Origin: Penicillus capitatus
Taxonomy: Eukaryota > Plantae > Chlorophyta
Reading direction: 5' to 3'
Length of the DNA stretch: 64,000 bases
Assembly (NCBI GenBank): GCA_965649825.1
Contig: OZ287706.1
Coordinates: 868,001-932,000 of the forward strand
The position numbers were made by a program, and so were the translations under genes. Positions 23,684 through 35,749 of this stretch are shown piece after piece (the stretch's first letter is position 1; every line of letters starts with the position of its first letter). The notes under the pieces were generated by a model. That model had not been told where the DNA came from and searched no databases. It saw only the letters and a list, made by a program, of their open reading frames with translations.

Positions 23684-24104
23684 CATACGGGAGAACAATA
23701 GGAGGTATGGTATGTCGCTCCACCGGGTTCGTCAAAGGTGGTCGGTCAAGTGCGGAGGCGTTGGGGGTTGTCTAGGGGACGAGGGAAAGGTAGCGCGGGC
23801 AGACGGTTAGATCGCCAAGGGACAGGTTTGTGCCGTTTGTCCTGGGATGTCGATGAGACTGGAAAGCGCCCATTCGAGACAAAGTTTCGGCTGTTTTGTT
23901 AGTCAGGGGGCAACGGAAGAGACGTGTTCATCAGTCGAATGGTTGCATGGGTTCGCGACAGGCATGCATTGGATAAAAGTATCGTCCGTGAGGTATTCAG
24001 GCAAGGGTTTTGCGTGTCCTTTGATCAAAAGTTCACTGCCGGGCTTGATGCCGTGGTTTTTTTTTCACTGCCAAGACGAGTTCGATCCGCATAAATCGAA
24101 CTGG

Positions 24105-24263
24105 CTGTTTGCCTGCCTGTTGCCGGGGCCGCATGAGCCCCCCTTGTTTGCCTGCCTGTTGCCGGGGCCGCATGAGCCCCCCTTGTTTGCCTGCCTGTTG
24201 CCGGGGCCGCATGAGCCCCCCTTGTTTGCCTGCCTGTTGCCGGGGCCGCATGAGCCCCCCTTG
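24105..24263. repeat. 39-bp tandem repeat x4
   Basis: The unit is tgtttgcctgcctgttgccggggccgcatgagcccccct, and gccggggcc recurs at 24122, 24161, 24200 and 24239. Confidence 0.95.
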
Positions 24264-25154
24264 TTGTTATAACCAAGTTAGCCATTGTGTAGTGTCTTTT
24301 GAAAACTTATAAGTTTCCTTCGATTGGTGCGCGTGCAAACGGTTCTCGCTTATCTTTTCGTATGCATACTTGGACTATGAGCTATGCTAAGTAGTTACTT
24401 TTGACTGCGGTTAACTCAATGTCCGCATATCCGTCCGGGGTAGACTCGCGCAGTAATGTTTAGGAGAAACGGCAACTGACGTTCAAACTGCTCCCGAAGA
24501 GGCCGTGCGGATACGGACGGCCTTCCGCAGCAAGTGGAGGGTGTTTTTGGAAGGAAATTTCGCTACTCTCGCGGCTTTTCATCAGGACTCGAAGTGTAGT
24601 TTCCGTGTACATCCGACTGCGGAGTGATTGAAACTGTTGACGATGTCGGCGGCGGCGACGACGGCGTCGGATGACTAGTTAGTTACCTGTTCGCTTGCGA
24701 GAGAAAAATGTTCTCTTCGATAGAGTGGTTCGTGACTCTTGGATACAGTCTAAGAGCAAGGGAACAAAACACGAAATGGAAAGGCGTTAGGATGACGTTC
24801 GCGCCAAACCATGATACTTCATCTGTGTCACGCACTCGCGTGGAGTCACATCATTCTGCCTCGATTCTGAGGGATTCTGTCGCCGGACGGGTCGGACGAA
24901 AACAGCAAACAGCGGAAGTCCTTTTACAACTGTTGGAGCAAGGCAAAGTAGCGTTCCGACTATCCGTTTTATACCCCAGAAGCGATGTGACCTGCCTAGG
25001 CAGGTGAGTCATCTTTGCGCCAGAACCAAAGAATAGCGCCCCAGATGACTCAACCTGCAACCCCCCAAGACGTGAACCCATCGGAAACGAGGCAGTCACA
25101 TCGACACGCCAAATCTTGGCGACACCACGCTTCCCGCCAACTCCGACGATCACC

Positions 25155-26294
25155 CTAGTAATATAACCGCAAATGTTCTGCATGAAATGATCCCACTCTT
25201 CGAGAACTTCCATTTTTCCACACCATCCATAATCTCGAACCCCGCGGCTCCGCAGTTAGGTGAGGACCTGTCCACGACGAATGGAGTGCATGGCGCTTTC
25301 TATGAGGTTCATACGCCAGAATCCATTGTCCTGTCTGTAGCGGCGGCTTGCTCGAATATTTTCGAAGGTATGCTTCCCTGTCCCTCTGTCGCCCAGCCGC
25401 TCTCCTCTGTCGAGCGAGGTGCATGGCCTGCTCCCACTCCATGTCCGTCATCAAGCTGCCGTCACGTCGTCTTCCCCAGCACAATTCCATGGGTGTGAAA
25501 CCCGTGGTCTCGCAAATCCCTTGGTTGAAAATCTCCTCCAACGCATGGATAGAGATGTCCTCGGCAGACTTCCAGAGTATCTTGGCCAATCTTGTCTTCA
25601 CGTTTCCCACCTGTCGCTCTGCTGCACCATTGCACCAAGGTGCGTGACTTGGCGACCACCGTTGCTTGATCCCATGCCCCTCACAGAATGCTCGAACCCC
25701 TCCGCCGATGAATTCAGCTCCTCTATCTGCCATGAACATACGAATATGTCCATGTTTCCATGATAAAGCTTGTTCCCATCGCTTCAATCCTCGCAGGACC
25801 GTTCTTTCCGTGGGAGTCTTAGCCACATGTAAGTGCGTGATGCGACTGAAACCGTCGACCAACACCAGAAGGACTCGTTTTCCTCGCCCTCGACTCAAAG
25901 TAATAGGCCCCAGAAAATCTCCGAAGACAACATCGTTTAGGTGAGTTATCTCCATCCCCGTCCATGGTTCCCGGTGCTCCAAGCCACGAAAATGTTGGCA
26001 ATTGGGACACTGCTCCACATACTGGAACACCTCTTTCCTTGCTCCCGGCCAAACCGGGCCATCCCGTTTCAGATGTTGCCACGTCCTTTCTGCGTGCCAG
26101 TGACCCTGATGTGCCTTTTCCAGACGGCTCCTCACCACGTCAACGAGAGGCCGCTGCTGAAGCATAACTGCTCCTACCATCTTCCCCGCCTTCTGCTGGC
26201 TTTTGCTCCGACTCAGGTAATCCGCCACTTGGTTGATTGTGCCAGGTACATACTCAAACTGTGCTTGAGGGAAGTTTCCCCACAGCCATCCCAT
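25155..26294 (-). mobile_element. Ty3/gypsy-type RNase H end plus intact integrase, 5'-truncated element B (opposite strand to A)
   Basis: FEYVPGTINQVADYLSR marks the RNase H end. The integrase has HHCC (AHQGH..CPNC), D,D(35)E (VFGDFLGP, MADRG, AAERQV) and GPY/F-like SSWTGPH...FHAEHL. The ORF begins abruptly at the junction with an ankyrin exon. Confidence 0.9.
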
Positions 26295-29200
26295 GAGTCG
26301 AGAACATCAACATTCGCCCCATGATCGATGAGAACCTGTGGAGTTACAGAGCTTGTTAACAGTGGAGCATATCTGAAATATACCGTAACGGTCTGCGCGT
26401 CACCGAGTCCCACGGCTAGAAGAAGCGGAGTGCTTCCATTCTTGTTGGCGGCATTGACATCTGCACCACGATCGATGAGAGCCTATGGAACAGTACGAAT
26501 TAATGGACTGTTGCCGAGGATCGGAGTTCACCGTAGCCATCTCTGGGTGGCCGAGTTTCGCGACTTGATGAAGCGGAGTGAATCCTTCTTTATCAATCGC
26601 ATCGACAAACGCTCCATGATTGAGCAAAGCCTGAGATGATAATATAAACGGATCGGATAAGTCAGGACTGATGTGGAGCTTGCCATAGCGATCTCCGTGT
26701 GGTTATAACGGGATGCTGCCAAGAGTGACGTCCATCCTTCCTTATGAACAGCGTCGACATCGACGTTGTGGTCGATGAGAGCCTAGGCAACGATACGATG
26801 TCAGACAGAAACTCGGAATAGATGAAGAATTCGCCATGGCGATTTCTGTTCGGCCATAGCGCGCGGCAGATAGAAGAGGAGCCCATCCGTCATTGTCGAC
26901 ATGGTTAACATTTGCTCCGTGATCCATCAGCGCCTAAAACAGCACGAATTCCAGGGCGGTCTCAAACTCAATGTACAATCGACCTTGGCGAGTTCTACAT
27001 GTCCGGCATAAGTAGCCATCAATAGTGATGTCCGTCCTGTATTCGACGCAACATTGACGTTTGCCCCGAGATCGATGAGTCTCTGTGAAATGATGCCATA
27101 CATCTTATAGAAGAATAGATATGGGATGGTTAGTTCACCATGGCAATCTCTGTGAAACTAAAGAACGTTGCCAGGTAAAGCAGAGTTGATCCATCGCTCA
27201 AGCGAATGTCTAGATCTGCTCCGTGTTCCATGAGAAGCTAAAAAATGATACGGCAGAAAGATAACAGAGAAACGTGAGAGGCAGCTCACCGTAGCGATCT
27301 CTGTGTAGCCATACCGTGCTGCATGATGAAGTACTGTCCATCTATTCTGTTTGACATGATTGACATCTGCTCCATGCGCCAAGAGAGTCTAAGCAGCTTT
27401 GAAGGCTGCTTTCATGAACGAGGACGACCTGTCGTTTACCTGCAAGATATTGATGTACCGACCATAAGCCGCCCTTTGAAGTAGCGTCTCGCCATTGATC
27501 GCATTGGCATCGACGGCTGCTCCTTGAGAAAGAAGGATCTACCGGTTTGCTCGTTAGGAAAGAGATCGGACAGGGCAGGACATACCTCGACGACTTGCAG
27601 ATGACCTTGCCATGCCGCATCGTGCAAAGGCACGTTTCCATAGTTATCGACGGCATTGACATCGACGCCGCAATCCATAAGAACCTTGACAACGACGCTG
27701 ACAAAAACGCCGAAAGGAAGAGAAATGACATGCTCGCACCTTAACTGTCGCACTCTTTCCTTTGAAAGAGGCGAGATGCAACGCCGTTTTCCCTTGAAAA
27801 TTAGCGACAGAGACACCTGCCCCGTTTTCGATCAGTGCCTGTCCGGAATCTCATTCCTTGTATCGATCTCGATCGAAAGGTGCAAGACATACCGTCACGA
27901 CTGTAGTCTCTCCTCTTTTGGCCGCTTTGTGTAATGGTGTTTCCCCGTGTTTGTCTGTTGCGCTCGCATTTGCATCACGATCCAACAGCCACTGTCAAGA
28001 TGTCCATGACAATCATCGCAGGTGATCGATCGGCCAAACCTTAACGGTTTTTAGATCTCCGTTTCGCGCCGCCACCGACAATGCCGTCCAGCCATCGATG
28101 CTATCCGATCGTTCCTTGTTAGCGTTCTCTTCGACGAGCAGCTACATCGAACATGCAGTGGACGGGAACAGACGCTTCGCCGATCGATGTTCACCTTTGT
28201 AATCTCAAAGCGACCACTGTTCGTTGCCATTAATAGCGGCGTCCATCCCGTATTATCCACACCTTCCACATTCGCTCCCTTTTCGATCAGCACCTGAACA
28301 GACACCTTCGGGATTAAGATTGCCGCTCAGTGCACGCGCCTTCGCAATTCTCAGTTGTCCAGTCTTCGCTGCGATCAGAAGAGGCGTCTGTCCCTCATCG
28401 TCGCGCGCATCCAAATCGGCTCCGTTCTCGGCAAGAAGCTAATGGCCAAGTGATGGGAAGGGTGAAAACGATGGAACGGAGGAGGTACTTCCGCGATCTG
28501 CATTTGTCCACTCTCGGCTGCAATGTGCAAAGCAGTCCACTCGCTGCGATCCCTTGCGTTCACATCAGCACCGGCCTCGATCAGCACCTACTTACTGGAC
28601 AGTCATCGACAAAAAGAGAACTGGAAACTCGAATGCTCGCCTTGGCGACGTCTGACTGTTCCGTTCGCGCTGCTTTGTGTAACGGAGTTTCTCGAATCCG
28701 ATCGGTTGTATTGACATTTGCTCCTCGTTCCACGAGTATCTATCGTTGCCTCGATACCGAACGACGAATCGATCTGGAAGCTCACCTCGACAATCTTTCG
28801 ATGGCCGTTCTTCGACGCTAAGCTCAAAGGCGTCTGTCCATCGATATCGACGACATTCACTTCGGCTTTCGAATTCAGAAGAAACTGCAGAGTGCACAGA
28901 AGTATCGATTTAGCATGTCGAAGAGGATTAGCGAAAGTGATTCGGCTGAGGCGTTTGGTCGGTAAGCCATTTGCGCATTGTCGACGAAAGATTCGCTTCT
29001 TCTGTCATCGACGCACGTTTCGATGGCATTCTTCTCTCGCGAGAAACGATGGAGTGTCACACGACTCGCCTTTGTCGCTGATTGGGATCCGTACGCCGCA
29101 GCGACGTGCAGAGGAGTCAGAAGGTCTCTGTTCTGCCGGCCGATCTCTGCACCGTTCTCGACGAGAATCTGCGAACCAATAGGATGTCGCGCAAACAGAC

Positions 29201-29540
29201 ACACAAATCTGGTGGCAGCATCACCTTGGCACTGTCTATCGCATCGAACGCTGCCGCCCAGTGAAGCAATGTCGAGCCCTTGACCAAAGGCGTATGCTTG
29301 AAGCTTTCATCATAGCAGATGGTATTGGAGGAGATATTCGAATTGAGCAGAGCGATAACGCTCCAGTTTTGATCGTTTTCAAATTCCATCAGCATCTTCT
29401 GCAAACACGATTAACAGTGAGGCTGCGGAACGGTTAATGCATCATCCGACATGACACTGTTCCTGTGGTGCAGACACCTTCTGGGTTCTGAGAGAGGCTG
29501 CAAGTTCCTGTCGACTCTCCTGTTCTAGAGACTGAAGCAT
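26291..29540 (-). CDS. 5' segment of ankyrin-repeat array: linker exons plus about 18 single-repeat exons and one truncated repeat
   Basis: Successive phase-0 exons each encode one repeat, e.g. VLIEAGADVNARDRSEWTALHIAAESGQMQIAE, VLMDCGVDVNAVDNYGNVPLHDAAWQGHLQVVE and ALMDHGANVNHVDNDGWAPLLSAARYGRTEIAM (26835-26933, 99 bp). The last exon, VLIDHGANVDVLDS, is cut at about 26291 by element B. Confidence 0.9.
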
Positions 29541-29661
29541 CTACACGACAGTACACCGCGATCGAGTTTTGACGCTGGCTGAGATGGAAAGGATGAGAAA
29601 AAGTGCGTATCGCCGTCTCACGCTGAGCTGCCAGGCGATTGCCATTGGCAAGTGTATTTAC

Positions 29662-30922
29662 CTCGGATTCGCTCTTTATCGTTTCCTCGATCCATTTCCA
29701 GTAATCGGCCACACGTGTGTACACCGCAGGCAGTTCTCCATCGCATTCAGGGGATCCGAAGGAGGTAATGCCCACCAGGATATCGTGCTGAGGGCTTCCT
29801 TGCGAAAGACCGTTTTCCGGTCGGTGCGGAATAATCAACGGACCTCCCGAATCTCCTAAAGCACAAACAAATGCGCGGCGCTTTGTAGACACGGTCATCG
29901 GGAGAGATATCTATCCTGTTTACCTCGACAGGTGTCCATGCCGATGCCACCGGCACAGATCATGTGCTCGTCGAGTTCTTCTTCGAGTACGATCTCGCAG
30001 GTGTCTGTGCCGAGGATCGGCAGCTTCGCGGCAAGCTGCAACGTCTTCGCTGCTCGCGTTTTATCAGTAAGGCCCCAACCCATCGCCGCCATGAGATCCC
30101 CAAACTGTAAACGATCGCGAGCTTTGTCGATGAGAGGACGCTCGAGAGGCGCTTTCCTCTCCAAACGCACGAGTCCGATATCGGACCCTTTCTTGAAGTG
30201 TCCCGTCCATTCAGTGGGCCAGTATGCTTTTTTGGACTGGTAGAGCTAAGAAGCGAAAACCCGCGATCGTGCATCGGGTTGCGGACTGGTGCGGCGGCGC
30301 TTACGGTTTCCGGATCGTTTGTGTCGATTTCGTGGATGCCGCATCGAACAAGAGCGTAATGTCCGAGTCCAGTCTGCTCATTATTCCATAGGCAATGCGC
30401 CGCCGTAAGGATCCACTGCTCATCGATAAGGACGCCGCCGCAAGCATGCGTTTCGCTGCCACGCCGCCGTAGACTACACATACATGGGAATCGCTCTCTC
30501 GGTGCCGGACTTCCACCCTGCGCAAAGACACCTAATACACTGCGTAGATACTTTCCTGGCCGTACGGCGATTCTTGCTTCGGCTCTGTTGTCTGAAACGA
30601 AGCTCTTGACGGTACCTGAATGCACAAAGGGATGATGCATTGATTGTGATACTGACTGAGCACTTGCCTGATATGGATTCTGCACTTCTCTATCGGAAGA
30701 GTGCATCGACGTTTACTGAGCGAAGAGCAAATCGAAGCATACCGTGCTTTGCTGAAAGAGAGGGATGGAAGGTGGGTTTTGCAATCCATGCTCTGCGAGG
30801 ACAATGGATTCATCTTCGTCGACGAGACGGGACAGTACGTACGTACCTTGACTGCAGATAGACGGCTTCAGTGCTTGGAGCAGAAACAGAACACACGCGC
30901 AAAGAGACACGCGTGTCATCAT
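29662..30922 (-). CDS. Trypsin-like (S1) serine protease domain with signal peptide; probably the N-terminal part of the ankyrin gene
   Basis: The signal is MMTRVSLCACVLFLLQALKPSICSQ. The domain reads HACGGVLIDEQWILTAAHC (His), GSDIGLVRL (Asp), MDTCR/GDSGGPL (Ser, with S1 Asp), LVGITSFGSPEC and PAVYTRVADYWKWIEETI. Confidence 0.9.
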
Positions 30923-32157
30923 CGTACCTAAACTAGACACGCGCAATAAGTGACAGGTGTGATTTCAATAGCCTCTGTAACAATGGAGACAATGGAAGAG
31001 CGTCTGTAGGCCTTCTCTGACATAAGGAATCACTCACCCGAACGGAACTGATGTGCAGCTGTTTGGGAGTTCGCACAATGGAGACAGTGACAGAACCGAG
31101 GACAATTGACAGAGACACACAAAACGTGCAGCGTCAAAACAAATGAATCGACAAACAGTGAATGCACTAAGCACAAGGATCAGCGGTTCATCGTGCCTCT
31201 TGGCGACGGTTGAAGCAGACATGGATCAACCTCGGCGATCACAGAAGGAAGAAAACCAACCGACGGGAATCTGCGAGAGGTACGGCGCAGAGCTAATTGT
31301 CACATCACAACGGTTACTCATAAAAGATGCGTCACGAGTACAACGTCGGGCCATGCGAGACGCAACGGCAGTCACTTCGGGATAAGAGGATCAGAGAAGT
31401 GCGCTTGCTGACCGACAGCGTTCGCCAGTTGCTGTCCACGTCTTCCGCGGGAATCGTTCAGAACGTAGATCACGCAGATCGCTTACGACTTCCTCGTGAC
31501 GTGATGATCCGCCGGGGGACAAGTTGTCAATTTGGCGACGCTTCCTCCATACACGCCTTTATCTTGATATGTGTTTGCTAGGAACACGACTGTTGGCGGT
31601 AGCAGTTTGTGGGTCCGATCTGTTTCGCGTTTCCACGATCAGCTTGTCCCGTGAAACCCTTCGTTATATATGCGAAGACTGGATAGCCTTTCGTTCTTCG
31701 ATGTGCGAGAGACTCGGATTCGTCTGCGAGTCCCGTGTTTGATGACGAAGTTTGGAAGGGGAGAGGCGACAGAAATCATTCTGTCGTACCGTATTCTTTG
31801 ATGGTCCTACGCGATCTGCCGTCGCGTGTGGCGTGGAACGTCCAGTAGATACGCTGCCACAAACAAGGCGTCGACTCAGCCATCGACGTTGAAGTACATG
31901 GAGAGACCCGTGGACAGATGACAGTACTGCAAGTGACTTTCGGCGTGTCTCACGCCCACGACTCGCATAAGACATCGATCAGTGCTTGCAACTCAGAGAC
32001 ATACCTGGTCAAGACCTTACCGGAAGCCAAAAACAGAAACGGCGACAGGATCATGCAGAAAGCACCGATCGCGGCAAGGAAGACTGTCTGTCTTTTAAAT
32101 GCTCTGCCTTGATGATGCTTAAGCAATTGAGGTGCTGTCGCGTTTGCTTCTCGGCTC

Positions 32158-33668
32158 ATGTCTTCGGGTCCCGTCGTCTCGCGTCCGCCGTTGGCAAGGA
32201 CGTTCAGCGCTGAGTCGATGTCCGTCAGCATCTCGAAAAGCACGAAGGAGATAACCATATCTTTCGTCCACGACAAAGGCGACCGAGCGAGTCTTGGTGT
32301 CGACGATGTACTAGACGGAAAGTACAGAATCTGCGAACCCGCGAAAGAAGTCAACGGACGCGAGACATACATAGTAAGCCGTTTTCATAGTTTTGTCGTC
32401 CTTTACCGGCGTCTAGTGCGAACGGCTGTCTGACGGTCAAGAGATGTTGGTTCATATAGCAGCCTCGTTCGATCGAGGCGACAAAACTGCATCGAAGAAT
32501 TACGGCAAACAGAAGGCTGTAAGTCATCCACGTGCCCCTCTCCCTCGTCCATTGATGTCCGTCCTGCAGCGATTTCTGAGCATGACATCGCAAGATTTCT
32601 CAGAGTACGAAGACCTCTTCGAAGCGGATCACGGAGACGGAAGGAGACTCTATGTTGCAGAGGTGAGCTCTCTCATCCCATCGAGACGTTCGTCTTCACT
32701 GCGGCTCTTTGCAGAAGTCCGAAACAAAAGAGAAAGATTCTGAAGGAGAAAGTTCACTGCAGGAATCGGATGAAGCAGAAGCAGAATCGCGGCAGGAATC
32801 GGAAGGAGAAGAATCGCGGCAGGAATCAACGGATGAGATGACGGGTCAGGAATCGAACAGTGACCCACGCGTCGTTCAGGGAGCAGATCTGGAGCAGCGG
32901 CTTGGCCCCGATGGATCACGATCGATCGTGTTCAGGCGCGAACACGATCGATTGGAGATCGATATCCCTCCAGTCGGATGCTTCAATCGTAAGACACCTG
33001 ACAAAGACGATCACGACATCGCGCACTGTGATCAGGCTCCACACTGTGTCTCACATACCTCATTGTCACGTGGTTCAGTTTCTTGATCTTGTGGTGCAGC
33101 GGAGCGCTTGTCGCTGCCATCTTGACGCCAAGCGCAAGTAATCTCTCAATCTGCGTGTTGCCTCGCATGTAAGAACGTCCTGTTTTGCAGTTTCTTTTTT
33201 GATGCTGCTGTTCTCGACGCTTCCCTGGTTTGTTGGCTTCTTGTTGGTGAAGACCACCGTGCGCACTGCATTCCTCCACGAGAACCTCTCCATCACTCCC
33301 GACGAATACAGCATTACGCGGACGACGAGGACGAGGAGCAGAAAAGGAGATGGTGCCAGCAAAGCAATGTCCACCGCGACGCGTCTGGACAAACTGTTTG
33401 TCAAACAAACGAAGGGGAAAACGGCGGATCTCGTCGGCGTCGGAGTATGTCTGCCCCATTCCTGTTGCACATGTTGACCGTGGGCGTGTGTCTTAAGATT
33501 CTGCCGCACACAGACTTGCAGGGAAATGTACACAGGATCCTCGTGTTGCGCGAAAATGACATCGAACACCAGCTTTCCTCCGTTTTCTCCGAAGAGGAAC
33601 TGGAGTGGCTCGTTCCGGAGATCAGAGAGGTCGTCGAAGGGACAAAATCTCATCGTCTCGATCCCTGA
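32158..33668 (+). CDS. Membrane protein, paralog A of a family resembling kinase N-lobe plus the C-terminal TM module of cyanobacterial-type Ser/Thr kinases
   Basis: It shows DDVLDGKYRICEP..GRETYI and EYEDLFEADHGDGRRLYVAE, then an acidic linker, GPDGSRSIVFRREHDRLEIDIPPVG, a hydrophobic segment, and FSEEELEWLVPEIREVV. No HRD or DFG motif was found. Confidence 0.5.
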
Positions 33669-35749
33669 ACGCCATGCCTGTTTGATGATCCGCGCAGCAT
33701 AGCTTTTTTTCACTTTTGCGAATCAGATTCTGTGTGTTAATGGTTCATGGTCGTAGGTTTTCGGTATATCGTCAGAAATTCAACGAGAATGCGCAGTTCA
33801 TGGCTCAAAGTGGGAAGGTTGGGATACATGCGTTTCCCTGTGCAGATTTAAGGTGGAAGTCTGTCGATGTTGTGACTCTTTTGGCCCCAGGTCGCTTTTA
33901 CACGATACGCGTTCTTCGAGAGCGCTTTTTTGGAAGTTCAAACGTCGACGGATGCAAATAAAGGCTGTACCAATTGTCGGAGGACATCTTGTCTTCTATT
34001 GACATGATGAACAGACCAATTGTCGCGAACCAAATCGACTCTCGATCGATGGTGTCGATCGTCACATAGCATTATTGCATTTATTGAGTGTTATCAAGCA
34101 CTTCACGTTCGTATGCATTACAGAATGGAAGAAGCGAAAGTTCGCGCCAGATACGAAAATCCATCTCTTCTAACGTCGCAATCGATCGATCGATACAAGT
34201 AGTCAAATTGAAGGTCGACATCAACGAGTTTGGCAGCTGTCTCCGATGGAAAACGATCGATGCAACAAATTTGTTCTACAGATACTTAGCGAGAGCATGT
34301 TTCTTCAAAAGAAGAGATCTCGAAAAGATCTCTCTCGTTTCCTTGGTATTCTCCTTCGGCATATCGAAGACGAAGCTTCGAAAAGTCATGTCAAAGAAGT
34401 CGGAACGTTTAAAAAGAAGAAAGCTACAAGAATTAAACATTTGTGCGATCAACACCCATTCGATCAATTCCGGCGATAGGCATTTTACTGGGAGAGACTT
34501 TCGGTGTGAGATGTCAAGATAAGCAATCGTTTCCTCAAATGAGGTGTTAACTAGATCGATCGAGATGCATGCTGGATCGGCGGCGATCCAGTGCACAAGA
34601 AAGTAGTCTGATCGATCGCAGTTTCGTTTCGCGATCGGCAAAGTCTATTTCGGGACATACGATTGCCGGAGAACGGCACAATCCAGGTAAACACCGCAAC
34701 TTTTGAAAGAATCTGAGGCTGATTGTAAGATCCGATCGTACTGCATCGGTCATACTGATAGCCCGATCGCATCGCATCGATTAGTCCAGCTGGTGTGTGA
34801 TCGATTGGCTCTCACTGGCGAATCGATCTTTGATGTTTCTCGCCATCGATGGTACGACGATCGCCGACGGTGCATTCATGGAAACAGAATGTGCGATAAA
34901 TCGAAATCAATCGATCGATCTGTTTCGACCGATCGACGACAATCGCACACGCGTTGTCGATGTTTCACGTCAGTGTGGTTATCTATCGAGCTATTTGACG
35001 TGTCCATCGACCGATCGGCGGTCGATGATACTGAATAATGCATGAGAGCACGAAATGTAAATCTCCCTTCGGATGCGGCAGATCGAGGAACAAAACTCCA
35101 AACAAGGCATGGAATATGCAACGGACAGATCCATCGTTGTCGAAGATTCCACCGAAGACGAGTAAGTCTACATGACAGATGGGGGGGTACTTTGAACCTC
35201 GACTCCATCTGCGCCGACGTGCGATCGACGATGACGTAACTCATTTCTTCTTCGATGATTCGATGCGTGAATTCGACAAACGTCGAAACGCATCGCCGAC
35301 AGGACAAAGTCGCTTCACGATCGCCAATGCCTTCTTGCCTAGCAAGGCTGTCCTCCCGTCTCCCGACGGGTATCCAACGCCAGAGTGGCCGACCGACGTT
35401 CAGCCAAGTAAGAAGACACTCGCTATCGTTCCAACTCCCGGATTCCTCAGGCAAGAGCGGAAGGACGTCGCTGGGAAGGTCCTTCTTACGCCGGTTCTCT
35501 TACGGCCTTCACTGGTTGTGCTGCTCTTCTTCTACTGACAAGAGGTGTCCATTCTGCTGAACTGCCTCCGACCTTTCCACCCACTCCAGTGCTCCTTTCT
35601 CCCGACGACTGAAGGAGACTCGACGCTGGGTTCTGTCGGCAGAGACAGACAACAAAGCTATCTCGCACGCTGCCGCGGACGATGGCAAACCTCGGTGGTT
35701 TCTTCGGCAGGGAAGGCGGCGCCTCGGACAAGACGACCTCGCGCAAGGG

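Noticed and set aside
23583-24263. CRISPR-like arrays (39- and 46-bp repeats; also the 42-bp repeat at 1801-2020)
   Set aside because: The repeats are head-to-tail with no unique spacers, there are no cas genes, and the context is eukaryotic.
31143-31975. Possible fourth member of the kinase-remnant TM family
   Set aside because: There is only vague similarity (LFRVSTISLSRETLRY), stops interrupt it, and it could not be supported.
33716-35746. Possible multi-exon (LRR/F-box-like) gene on the minus strand
   Set aside because: Fragments read as protein-like, but no diagnostic motif or coherent exon chain could be established.
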